This document shows, piece after piece, positions 10,038 through 21,789 of a DNA stretch of 64,000 nucleotides. Source of the DNA: Blastocladiella emersonii ATCC 22665. Lineage: Eukaryota > Fungi > Blastocladiomycota. The stretch's first letter is position 1. Each line of letters starts with the position of its first letter. The notes beneath the pieces were generated by a model. That model saw only the letters and a program-made list of their open reading frames with translations. It had not been told where the DNA came from and ran no database searches. A program made the position numbers and the translations under genes. The stretch lies in NCBI GenBank assembly GCA_025594325.1, contig JANHCV010000009.1, positions 310,001-374,000 of the forward strand, read 5' to 3'.

Positions 10038-11124
10038 CCGTCTATTTCTTCGTCACCCGTGCTCCGCCACACAACGCTAAGCCGCTCGCCAACCCGCGGC
10101 ACGAGCATCCCGTCGACCTCGTCCCCGCCGCGGCCCTTGATCCCGTGCGAGAAGTCGGTCCGCGCGGGACCCTGCATCACCACGAGCGAGCGCGGGGGTA
10201 GGTATACGCTGCCCGCAGACTCGCCCGACTCCGCGTGCCGCATGTCCATGGCGCAGCCCGACGCGAGCGAGAGCGAGACGAGGTAGGGCCCAAACTCGGG
10301 AATGTCGACGTGCGGCGGGATCCCCGCGCGCGGCGGGTAGATGGAGACGGTGGCTTGCGTCGGCAGGTGCCCACCGAGGTACGGGCGCAGGCGCTCGTGC
10401 AGCGCGGCGAGGAAGGGTGGGAACGCGCGGCCCCGGGTCAGGGCGAAGGCGTCGTAGACGTACTCGAAGCCGTAGTGGATCTACGCGTTGTGCGGTTAGC
10501 TCCTGCAACCTGCGAGAGTGAGAGCGAGAACGTACGACGCGACGGTGATGAACGTGAGTCCACTCCTCCTCGGGCAACCCGCGGATCGCCGCGACCAGGG
10601 CGGCCTCCTCGTCCGCCGACACGAACTCGTGCACGCACTGCAGTCCGGGCACGCGGTCGAGCGCGCTCATTGCGACCCCGCCCGAGAACGACGCCGGTGC
10701 GTTGGGCAAGTGCTCGGCGCGCACGTACGCGGCGAGCCCGGTCCGCGGCTTCCCGCCAGGCAGCTGCGGGACCGCGGCGCCGTGGTACGCGGGCAGCGCG
10801 GCGGCCTCGTCCTCGGGCGAGTCGAACAGGACAAACGAGAAGCTCTACCTCCATGAATCAGCAAGGGGGCGAGGTTCGCTTCGACAAGAGACGCACCCGC
10901 GCGAGGGGCATCCACGAGCTCACGACCGCGGGCCCGAGCGACGCGACGATCTCGGCAAACTGCGCGGGCGAGATGGCGAGGAACCCCTGGCTGCCCGCGT
11001 TGAGCAGGCACACGCACGGGGTCGGGGTCTCGCTGAACAGCGCCGCCGCGTCGACGCCGAGCGCCCGCGCGACGCCCGCGCGCAGCGACGCGGCTTTCGC
11101 GGTCGGGTCATTCCGGCGGCCCAT
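10034..11124 (-). CDS. ALKBH8: ALKBH8-like RRM plus 2OG-Fe(II) dioxygenase, without methyltransferase domain
   Basis: RRM-like N-terminus (CLLNAG...SFVLFDSPEDEAAA), PGLQCVHEFVSADEE, HYGFEYVY, GIPPHVD (HxD), DFSHGI (His) and RLSVVWR (Arg). Two introns inferred. Confidence 0.75.
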
Positions 11125-11361
11125 TGCACCAAGTCGTTTCCCAAAATCAGTGATGCGCGGCGTGATACATTTGCGGGCGGGCGGAAAACGCGTTCTGGTT
11201 CAGGTGGAGGCACGTGCGCCGATCAACACCCTGTTTGAGCGCGTGCGCGCGTGCGTGTGGTGCCGCCGCCGCGCCGTCTCCTTCCCCCCCTTCTCCGCCG
11301 ATCCTGCACCGCCGACCGACGCCGCCGCAACGCATACGGATCGCACTCCACCAGCATCGCC

Positions 11362-13106
11362 ATGTCATCGCAGTCCTCGGTTGCCGCCACGCTGCAGCGC
11401 CCCTGGGTGCTCGCCACGCTGTCGGTGCTCGCCCTCGGCATCGGGTACTCGGTGTGGTTCGACTACAAGCGCCGCGCCGACCCGTCGTTCCGCCGCCGCC
11501 TGCGTACGCCCTCTTGCGGGAGCCCTGCTCGCGCCGCACGCTAACGATCCACCCCCGAAATACAGGCAAGCAGCGCAAGGCCGTGTCGTCGCGCCAGGTC
11601 GAGACCGAGAAGGACGCCCCCGCCGCCGCCAGCGCGTCCGGCGCCGCTACCGCCGGTGCCAGCGGCATCACGGCCGCCAGCATCCCCGGGCTCGAGGCGC
11701 TGCTGACGGGCCCGCTGCCGACGACGCCCGAGGAGAAGGAGGCCTTCTTCATGGAGATGCTGTCCAAGGGCGAGCAGCTGGCCAAGATGGGCCCGCCGCT
11801 CTACGACCTGGCCGCGCAGTGCTTCTACCGCGCACTCAAGGTGTACCCGGCGCCCGCCGAGCTCGTCATGCTGTACCAGCGCACCCTCGAGGAGCCCGTG
11901 TTCCGCCTGATCATGGACCTCGTCACCAACGAGGTCAAGGAGCGCCAGGCGCAGTACTTCACCGAGCACCCCGCCGCCGACATGAACGTGCGCATCCGCG
12001 AGGACGTGGACGCGTCGCGCCCGCCAGTCGACGGCAACCCCGTCAAGCGCCGCGTCCTCGTCGCCACCAAGGATTTCAACCCCGGCGAGACCATCTACAC
12101 CGAGGCCCCGCTCGTCGCCGCCCTCGCCCCGCACCACCTCCTCTCGGGCGCCCACTGCTCGCACTGCCTCAAGGCCACGGCGACCGCCGCCGAGTCGGTC
12201 CTGTCCACCAAGACGGGGCTCACCTACTGCTCCGAGACGTGCGAGGCCGAGGCGTGGGAAAAGTACGAGTCGCTGCTGTTCGCCGACGCGGCCGTCTCGG
12301 GCACCTCGACCACGCGCGAGCTGATCGAGCGGTGCGCCGCCGACAACGCCCTGACCCCGCTCCTCATGGCCCGCTTCCTCGCCCAGATGGTCCACGAGGA
12401 CATGGTCAAGTCGCAGGACCCGACGGGCGGCGAGACGTTTGGCGCGTGGGACCACATTGAGCGCCTCAAGTACCTCGAGATCACCACCCCGACCGCCGAC
12501 GACGCAAAGCACATGGAGGTGCTCCGCCGCGTCCTCGGCACCAAGGTGCCCGGCCTCGACGAGTTCCTCACCGAGGAGCGCTACCTCCTCCTCAAGGGCA
12601 AGTTCATGTACAACGAGTACGCCGTCAACATCGCCTCTGCCTCTGCCTCCGCCTCCTCCGCTGCTGCCGATGCCGCCGCGGCTGCTGCCGCCGGCCCCGT
12701 CGCCATCGCCACCGAGACCGAGACCGAGGAGGAGGGCGCCGAGGCCAAGATCGAGGAGGTTGAGGACGTCTCCGCCGCCCCCGCTGCCGCCGCCGCCAAG
12801 ATCCCCGAGGAGCCCCTGCGCTCCGACTCCCCCGTCACCACCGCGACGCTCGCCGGCGCGTCCGTGTACATGACCACGTCGTACCTGGGCCACGCGTGCG
12901 AGCCCAACACGGCGGTCGAGTTCCCGAGCAAGTCGTGCAAGGTGGCGCTCGTCGCCGCCAAGCCCATCGCCAAGGGCGACGTGCTCACCATCGCGTTCGT
13001 CGACACGGGCGCCGACCACGCGGCGCGCGCCGAGGCCCTCAAGAAGGGCTGGCGCTACACGTGCGCGTGCGCCAAGTGCCAGCAGGAGACCATGGACATT
13101 GAGTAA
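11362..13106 (+). CDS. TOM20: Tom20 (MAS20) fused to a SMYD-like SET domain
   Basis: Transmembrane anchor plus GYSVWFDYKRRADPSFRRRL; intron 11504-11565; Tom20 core (PTTPEEKEAFF...FYRALKVYPAPAELVMLYQRT). The same frame continues into a SET/MYND-like region (VATKDFNPGETIYTEAP, CSHC, YCSETC, GHACEPN, YTCACAKC). Confidence 0.85.
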
Positions 13107-13247
13107 GTAGCGTCGGTGTGTGTGGTGTAGATGGTTAGTAGTAGTGTCATTTTGTATCTTTCATTGTATTACCCCTCCCCTCCTCCTCTCCCATCTTGTT
13201 GCTCGTGGGCCTCGCAGCCAGTCCTCGCTCTCGCCTCCCCCAAAACC

Positions 13248-14224
13248 ATGGATCAGCAGCGCGTGAACTCAATCGCGACCCGCTTCACGGCCGCCCTGCA
13301 GCGACACCTCGCGGCGCGCGGGCTCGACCTCGCCACGCCGTTCGCCGTGCAGCGGTACAACGCCGCCGTCGCGGACACCGCCATGCGCCTCCCGACCTTC
13401 TCCCACCCATCGAGCACCCTCGGCGTCCTCGTCGCCAACTCGCGCGCCCTGTGGCCGCGCTTCACCGCGTACATCCGGCGCGACCCCGCCCACGTCACAC
13501 GCGGCGGGCCGCACCCGTTCGACCGGTTCGTCGCCTTGGCAGTCGACGAGAGCCTCGCCCTCGCGCGCGCCGAGGCGGGTGTCCCGGAGGATGTGGTGGC
13601 CGAGGTGCGCGGGTACCAGGACCCGCCGCCCAAGATGGTCGCGATGCAGCGGCTCGCGCACGCCGCGGGGCTCGCGCACTTTGATCAGGCGTGCTTTCTC
13701 AGCGTACATGCTGAGTTCGGGCCGTGGATCGCGTTGCGCGCGGCGAGTACGTCGTGAGGCGAAGGTTGGTGGAGGTGGGCGCTGACATGGTGGACTTGTA
13801 CTGTAGTCGTGATAGACCTCCCCGGCCCACCCGACACCCCGGCCGACCCGCCGAACCCGGTCCCGGCCGCGCTACCGGCGCATCTCGCGCGGCACCTCGC
13901 GCGCCTGCTCCCCGCGGGCACGTCGTACCACGCCAAACCCGTCCCCGCCGCCGCCCCCTCCAACTTGGACACGGTCCCGCCGCTCGACGGCCTCGACGCG
14001 CCGACGCGCGCGCTCGTCGAGCAGATGCACGGCCCGTTGCACGGCGACTGGCGCGACTGGCTGATCATGCGCGATGTGGCCGCGGTTGCGAGTTTGGGCG
14101 GGGAGGGCGCGCGGAAGGCGAGGTACGAGGACGAGGCGGTCGAGTACCACTACACCAAGGAGTCGCATGTCCTGCGAGGGATTATTGGCGAGGAGGCGTG
14201 GCGAGCGGCGGGCGGGGCGGCGTA
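13248..14224 (+). CDS. MMACHC: MMACHC/CblC-like cobalamin-processing protein
   Basis: LGVLVANSRALWPRF, HPFDRFV, VAMQRLAHAAGLA, SVHAEFGPWIALRA, an intron near 13750-13805, then DWRDWLIMRD...RYEDEAVEYHY. Confidence 0.8.
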
Positions 14225-14264
14225 GCCGCGCTGCATCGCTCGTTGGTGGTCGATGAGTGGGTTC

Positions 14265-14720
14265 TCATCGCGAGAGGCGGATGGTGCGGGCCGAAAAGTG
14301 CGCGAGCACGGCTCGCGGAGGCGTAGAAGGTAGACAGAATGAACGATTTTCATAAACAGGAGCCAGACATGTGCGATTGCAACAGCGGACCTCGCCGTCG
14401 ACAGACGGGTGCTGGTACTGGACTACACCTGCAACGACGCCTGGGCACAATCGTCGTCCGGGCTGTTCGTTGGCCACGCGTGCCTGCAGCACCATGTTCA
14501 GCCGTACCCCATTCTTGTGCTCCTCGGCCAGCGCGTCTACTGGCGGCAGCCCCTCGCCGGCGTACCGCCCCTGCATTTCCTGGTCAAACAGCGCCGCGTT
14601 CTCCGCGGCAAGCTTGGCCGCGCGCTCCCGGCGCCGCCGCGCGATAAGCGCGAGCACTGCGGCGATCACGAGGCCGATGACCACAGCGCCCGCGATGATG
14701 GGGGTGTTGTTGCTTGGCAT
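14265..14720 (-). CDS. Small single-pass membrane protein, unknown function
   Basis: MPSNNTPIIAGAVVIGLVIAAVLALIARRRR (TM helix plus basic stop-transfer). The 3' exon structure is uncertain. Confidence 0.45.
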   Translation of the reverse strand: MPSNNTPIIAGAVVIGLVIAAVLALIARRRRERAAKLAAENAALFDQEMQGRYAGEGLPPVDALAEEHKNGVRLNMVLQARVANEQPGRRLCPGVVAGVVQYQHPSVDGEVRCCNRTCLAPVYENRSFCLPSTPPRAVLAHFSARTIRLSR

Positions 14721-15298
14721 GGCGATACGTGGCGTGAGGGACGGGTGCGGGAGCGGGAGCAAGGGGGATGCGGCGACGGTTGCCTCTTCTGGTTGCAAGC
14801 TCGCCTCCGCCTCGCTGCAACGTTCGCCCAGTGAACGGCGTTGGTCCGCACGCAAGGGACCTCGCACCGAGCCTGCTGGTGTGAGCACCGCGACGCGCGA
14901 GCGCCCAGCACCGCACGCGGCGGCGGCTGAAACGCGGTGTCGCCGCCACACGCCGTCTCGCGCGGTGCGTGAGACGCGTCGATCAATCACGTGTCGCATA
15001 CAAGCGGGCTCTCCCCACGCCTTGCGCCGTTCTTGTGAGCGCGGCTCTCAGAAACGTGCGGCGACGTGGGCGGCGGTCGATCCGGTGTGCTCCCGACTGA
15101 CGCAACCCAAGCACGTACTTGAGCTGAAGCGGGACCCCACCGGATCCAAGGGTTTCAGATCACGGCCGATCAAACCGCGGCGCCGCGGGCGGAGGGCGCA
15201 ACGGTGCACATCGGGACGGGTACAAGAGGGCCGGGCGTCCCCGCCTTCCTTGGTGGTAGGACAGCAACGACGAGTTTCTCTGAACGCATACATTGACC

Positions 15299-16200
15299 AT
15301 GAACCCCCGCACCGCGCACCTCCTCGCCCTCGTCGCCCTGATCGCCGTCCTCGTCGGCCAGACGGCCGCGCAGGACGCGAGCGATGCGACTGCCACTACC
15401 GCGACTGCCAGCAGCTCGGCGGTGCCCACGGCGACGGGCGCGCCCATCAGCGACCGCGCGCGCTGTGAGAACTTGTATGCGCACCTCGGCATCCCCGCTC
15501 CCGACCGCCACAAACTGACACTCGAAAACTCCCGTTCGGTAGCTCGCTTACGACGACGCAGTGCTTCCCAATGGGCGTCAACGACCCGAGCGGGATCTCC
15601 AAGTCGGTGATGCTGTCGCAGATGGACGCCAAGTACTGCGCGGCCAAGTGCAACGCGGACGTCAAGGACATGACCGACTCGGCGCTCGACAAGTGCGGCC
15701 CGCTCGGGCCCATGGGCGCCATGCTCGGCTTCTTCGTCCCCTACCACGACGCCTTCTGCTTGCGCAAGGACAACAAGTACTGCTTCATGGAGCTCGCGTA
15801 CGGCATGATCGAGCGCAAGCAGAACGTCACGCTCCTGTCGCAGAACCCCGCCGCCGTCGATAAGTCCGTCCTCTGCACGCCGTGCGTCGAGGCGCTCCTC
15901 CCCAAGTTCGACGAGATGGAGGCCACCGGGAACAAGATCATTGCTAAGAACCCCGGTATGAAGATCTCGTTCACGTCGCCGTCGACCCTCAAGATCCGGT
16001 CCGCGTGCGGTAACAAGTTCAACGCCGCGTCCTCGACGGCGGCGCCTGCGTCCCCCGCGGCGGGTGGGTCGTCGTCGGGTAGCGGAACGTCAGCTGGCAG
16101 CGGGTCGTCAACGGGTGCGACCGCCGCCGCGTCGTCGCTCGTGGGTCAGGGGGCGGCGGTGGCCGCCGTGGTCGTTGCGCTCGTCGCGCTGCTCGCTTAA
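15299..16200 (+). CDS. Secreted Cys-rich, probably GPI-anchored protein
   Basis: Signal peptide MNPRTAHLLALVALIAVLVGQTAA, a Cys-containing core, a Ser/Gly/Thr linker and a hydrophobic C-terminus (AAVAAVVVALVALLA). Intron near 15475-15550. Confidence 0.75.
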
Positions 16201-16434
16201 GCTTTCCGTGATTCCGAATACATTTATAGACTGCATCAGAGAGAGACCTTGCGGGGAGAAAGCGAGAGAGAGAGCGCGTTGGGGGCAGGGTCGGTGCGAT
16301 GACCGACGCGTTCCGCCACGCCACGCCGAGCAGCACGCCGCGCACCGCGCTCGGCGGCCGCGTCTCTTCTCCGCCCGGTGGACCACGCTCAACGAGATCC
16401 TCACACGCGACCTCGTGCAATGAATTCTAACGTC

Positions 16435-17962
16435 ATGGATGCATCCGTGGCCGCGGACCAGCGCGCCGCCGCGCGCAAGTCGTCGCGCGAGTTCCTCGCC
16501 GGCCTGTCCGCCGAGCTGCGCGAGCTTTCACTCAAGGTCCAGCACTAGACAACCCCTGCTCAAGCGGCTCTCAGCTGACCCTCTGCGCCGTGCCTGCAGA
16601 TCTACAACCACCCGGAGCTGGCCTTTGAGGAAGTGTACGCCGCCGCGACGATCCGCGAGTACCTCGGCACCAAGCCCGGCGTCACCGTGACCGACTCCAA
16701 GGCGACCGAGATCCCTACCGCGTTCGTTGCCACGTTCGAGCACCTCGTCGAGGGCAAGGACGCCAAGGAGGTGCTCACCATCGGGTTCTGCTCCGAGTAC
16801 GACGCGCTGCCCATGGGCCACGCGTGCGGGCACAGTACGTGTGTTGCGTCTGGAAGCGTCGCGAGGTAACACTGACAGCGGTTGCGTAGACCTGATCTGC
16901 ATCTCGGGTGTCGGCGCGTTTTTGGTACGGCATCTCGATCCGCTCTCGCTCGAGTGCACCGCTCACACGCCCGCGAAACTGTAGACGGCCGCGCACCTGA
17001 TCACCGAGTTCGGCCTCCCGGCTCGCCTGCGCCTGTTCGGCACGCCGGGCGAGGAGGGCCTCGGCGGCAAAATCAACATGATCTCCGCGGGCGACATGGC
17101 CGCGACCGACTTCCTGATGATGCTGCACCCGGGCAACATCGACCTGGCCTTCCCGACGTACCTGGCGCTGCAGACGTTTGACGTCGAGTACTTTGGCCGC
17201 GAGGCGCACGCGTCGGGCGCGCCGTGGGACGGGATCAACGCGCTCGACGCCATCATCAACGCCTACAACGGCATCTCGCACGTGCGCCAGCAGATCACGC
17301 CGACCGACCGCGTCCACGGCATCATCCGCAACGGCGGCGCCGCGCCCAACATCATCCCGGCCCACACGTCGGGGACGTTCATGACGCGGTCGACCGAGAT
17401 CGCGCACCTGCGCTCGTTTCTCCTCCCCAAGGTCCTCGCGTGCATCGAGTCGGGCGCGCGGAGTACCGGGTGCACGTACTCGACGAGCATGCACCCGCCG
17501 TACTTTGACGTCAACACGAACGCGCCCATGGCCCAGGTGTACGAGACCGAACTCCGCGAGCAGCTCGCGATCGCGCTCCCGTCGCCCGACGTCCAGAAGA
17601 GCATCTCCCGCGGCAGCACCGACTGCGGGAACATCTCGTACCTCGTGTGCCCGACCATCCACTCGGTTTTTGACACCGGGTGCAAGGCCGAGATCCACTC
17701 GGTCGAGTTTCTCGCCCACGCCAAGGTACGCTTGTATTGCGGTGGCGCGACGCGTGCTGGACTTCGCTCACCCACTCACCCGCCATTCACCGTCGTGTAG
17801 ACCGAGGAGGCGCACAACCACACGCTCGACCGCATCGCGTGCCTCGTCATGGTCGCGTTCCAGCTGCTCACGGACGGGGACCTGCGCGACCGCGCACGCG
17901 CCGAGTTTGCACGGTCGACCAAGACTGCCGAGGCCGCGGGCGTGTTCGACAGCACCGCGTGA
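16435..17962 (+). CDS. Peptidase M20 family amidohydrolase (PM20D2/ACY1L2-like)
   Basis: IYNHPELAFEE, GFCSEYDALPMGHACGH, FGTPGEEGLGGK, GREAHASGAPWDGINALDA, GSTDCGNISY. Several short introns. Confidence 0.88.
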
Positions 17963-18712
17963 TGGATGTCGCGTGCCCGATTTTGAATGCATCTCGTCAT
18001 CTGCTGGACACTCGATCGTGCTCAGATGATGCGCCATGGCCAGCGTGACTGTGAACGACACGAGAGTCCCGGCCAGCTGGATTGCCGCCGCGATGGCGGC
18101 CTGGAGCTGGCCATCGATGATCCCCGGCAGCTGGAGCTTCGCAAAGGCCTTGGCAGACGCGCGCGCAAGCCCTGGCCACGCTGACGCGCGCACGAGTGCT
18201 CGGCGAAACGCAAGCGCGGATCCGTCGCGTCGCGTGGCCAGGGTCGCGCACGGCCGCGGCCCATGACCAACGCGCACGTCCATTTCCACTCTCACACCAC
18301 GCTGACTGGGCCAGGGAGTTGATCCAAAACGGCTCTTGAGACACGCCGCTTCGTCAGCCTGCACCGCGTCAGCGCGTCAGCGTACGCGAGGACGCGACGC
18401 GGCCGCGTGGCGCCGACGGGTCCACGAACACGGCTCGTCCAAGTTTGGTGCCACTTTTTCCGCGGACTCGTGCGGCGGCGCCCGCTGATTATTCATCAAT
18501 CGTGTGCGTGCAAGGGGGTGGAAATAGACGGGGTGATTCAAAGTGGGCTTGCACTGAACTTGGTGCGGCCCGGGTGGCGCAGCATGGCGGAAGCGTTCTG
18601 GAACAGAGCCTGTATAAAGAGGCCGGGCTCCCCCCATTTCCGGCTGGGGCCATCATAAGAGTCTAGAAGACCGACCGACCCCGGGCGCCACCACTTCCTC
18701 CCGCTGTATACC

Positions 18713-20008
18713 ATGCATCACCTTCTGCCCATCGCCGCACTCATCGCAACAACGCTAGCGACGGTGTCCGTGGCCGGCCCGCTCGCCTGCTTCGAGGGAG
18801 GTAAGGTCTGCTTCCAGGCGGCGCCGTCGGTGGCCAACGCCAACGTCGTCGATGTCCTGGTCCAGCACAAGGTCACGCGCGGGTGGGTCGCTGTCGGGTA
18901 CGGCCCAGGAATGACCAACGCCGACATGATTGCACGTTTTCTTCACGCAGCCCATCCTCATCGACTCAAGCTGACCCACTTCCTCGTTGCCATAGATGCT
19001 GTGGCAGAACCCCAACGGCGACTGGACCGCAAGTCGGCGCTTCAGCACCGGCGCAGGCCTCCCCGCCGCTGCGCCGGCGAACCTGCAGTCAGCGGTGCGC
19101 ATCGTGAACGCGACGCGGTCGCCGAACGCCGCGGGCAACCACCAGATCCTGCTGCAGCGCCCCGTCGCGCGGACGAGCAACGCGGCGGGCGACGTGGCGG
19201 TGACGAGCGCGGCGCAGGCCATGTCGTACGCGTACTATGAGGGCAGCGGCGTGTCGGCGACCAACCTGCCGCGGCATAACGGGCTCGCGCGGTTCACGTA
19301 CAACTCGCTCGACGCGTCGGTCCGCGTCGATTTGTCGAAGCCCGCGGTGCCGACCACGCAGCAGCAGGTGCCGAGTGGGCCTGCCTCGGCGGAGGAGGCG
19401 GAGGCGGTGGCCAAGGCGGAGCTCCGGCATACGGCCGTCCTCGTGCATGGGATCCTCATGGCGGTCGCGTGGAGTGTCATCTCGTTCACTGCGTACGTTG
19501 TCGCGTGTCGCTCGAGCTGTACGAAGGCGATTCACTCACCGCGATGACTTGTAGCATCTTCTTTGCGCGGTTCATGAAGGGCAAGCTGCCGAGCAAGTGG
19601 TTCCCGATCCACCGCGCGCTGTTCCTGCTGGCCATCGTCATGACCATCGTGGCCTTCGGTCTGGTCGTCGGCACCAACAGCAGCGGCGACCACTTCACGA
19701 CGACGCACGGCCTGATCGGGTTCCTGGTCTTCATTGCGTCGCTGCTGCAGCTGATCCTCGGGTTCGTCATTGACAAGCTGTTCGACCCCGCGCGCACCAA
19801 GGTGCCGTTCCACGACAAGCTGCACTGGATCGCGGGCTACTTCCTCGCGGTCGCGGCCCCCGTGAACGTGGTCCTCGGCCACCTCAGCTACGAGACGCCG
19901 ACCGCCCTGTTCGTCGTCAATCTCGTCGTGTTCGGCCTCTACGTCGCCCTGTTCGCTGTCGGACAGGCGCGGTTCGGGCAGACGCACGAGCACAAGGAGA
20001 AGCCGTAG
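18713..20008 (+). CDS. DOMON (CDH-cytochrome-like) plus cytochrome b561 protein, copy 1
   Basis: Signal peptide, GWVAVGYGPGMTNADM, LPRHNG, then b561 His motifs HGILM, IHRALF, THGLIG and LHWIAG. Confidence 0.85.
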
Positions 20009-20499
20009 TGGACGGCGGGGGTAGTAACTATAAATACATGTACACAAGACGTTTGATTGCATCCGTCGGAACCGTGGGGGAGTGAGCGACGTGCGAGGGA
20101 CAAGCGCACGCGCCCGCGACGCGCCACGGCGCCAGGTACATGGCCCCGCGCGCCGTGGCGCTCGAAGGGGCGCGAGTGCCAAGAGTCGCTGCGGGGACGC
20201 GGCGCGCGGCGGTTCGCCAAGGCCAAGACCAACGAAAGGTTAGCGAGAGCGGAGTGGCGCAGCAGCGGGATCGGCGATCCGGCGTGCAGATCCGAGTCGT
20301 GCGCGCCATCGGCGTCCGCGGCACGTGGGTCGCCAAGCCAAATTCGCGATCGGAATCAGCGTGGTCGCGCGCGCTCGCCCCTCCTTCTCCGACGGGATTG
20401 GACTTGGCAGCGAGCTTGTTACCTCCACAGCGCGTCCTACAAGTAGGCGCAGTTCCCGCGCGCCCTCCGCCGAGCCGACTCCACTCGCACAAACTTGCA

Positions 20500-21751
20500 A
20501 TGCATCAACTACTTCCAGCCGCCATCATCGCGGTCGTCGCGCTCCTCGCCCCACGCGCGGCCGCGGGCCCCGTGCAGTGCGTCGGGTCCAACTCGATCTG
20601 CTTCCAGCTCGCCCCGACGCCGGGCAACACGACGTCGTCCGTCGACATCCTGATCGCGACCAAGATCGTCGGGTGGATCGGGCTCGGCGTCGGCAACGGC
20701 ATGTCGAACACGGACATGGTCATGGCGTGGCAGTCGTCGACCGCCGACAACGGGTGGGCCGTGAGCCGCCGGCTGTCCACCCAAAAGGACCTCCCGCCGC
20801 GCGCCAGCGTCCAGTTCGTCTCCGTCGTCAACACCACCAAGACGCCCGACGCGCTCGGCTACTACTACCTGCGGCTGCGCCGGCCCGTCGAGAAGGCGTC
20901 GAGCGCCGCGGGGGAGAAGACGTTGACGAATGCGGCGATGCCCATGTCGTGGGCGTACCTCGCGTCGTCCTCCGTCTCGGCCAGCAACCTCCCGCGCCAC
21001 TCGCGCGACGGAAGCTTCTCGTACAACCCGCTCGGCGCCGAGCCCCTCTCGACGCTCGCGGCTACGGGCGAGGTCGGGCTCAACGTCACCCTGGCGACCG
21101 GCGGGTCGGCGTCGTCGGGAAGTGGGTCGTCCTCGCGAGAGACGGCGATGCTGGTCCACGGGATCCTCATGGGCGTCGCGTGGAGCGCGCTGTCGTTCAT
21201 CGGGTACACTTCTTCCGCCCAAAACCACCCTGAGCAACGACTAACCGCTACCCTCACACAGAATCCTGATCGCGCGATTCGGCAAACACCGCTTCGGCGC
21301 ACGGTGGTTCCCGCTACACCGCGGCCTCTTCGGCGTCGCGATCCTGTTCACGATCGGCGGGTTCCTGGCCGCGGTCCTGACCACGGACAGCGACCACTTT
21401 GACTCGACGCACGGCAAGCTCGGGCTCGCCGTGACCATCGTGGCCGTCGGCCAGATCGTGCTGGGTTTTGTGATTGACAAGATGTTCGACCCGGACCGCG
21501 CCGGGATCCCGCTGCGCGACAAGGCGCACTGGCTCGCGGGCTACTTCCTCGCGGTGGCCGCGCCCGTCAACGTGTACCTCGGGCACAACGCGAACGGGTC
21601 GGACAGCGGCTTGGTCGCGCTTAACATTGTCGTGTTTGGCCTGTTCGTCATCTTGTTCGGGTTCCTCCAGGTGCAGGTCGGCCAGGTCCACGACAAGAAG
21701 AAGTCGGACGACAGCGGCGCACCGCTCGTGCGTCGCGGGAGTATCGCGTAG
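20500..21751 (+). CDS. DOMON plus cytochrome b561 protein, copy 2
   Basis: Signal peptide, GWIGLGVGNGMSNTDM, LPRHSR, HGILM, LHRGLF, THGKLG and AHWLAG. Confidence 0.85.
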
Positions 21752-21789
21752 TTGCGCAAAGCAGAGAGAGATTATATACATTCACTTGA

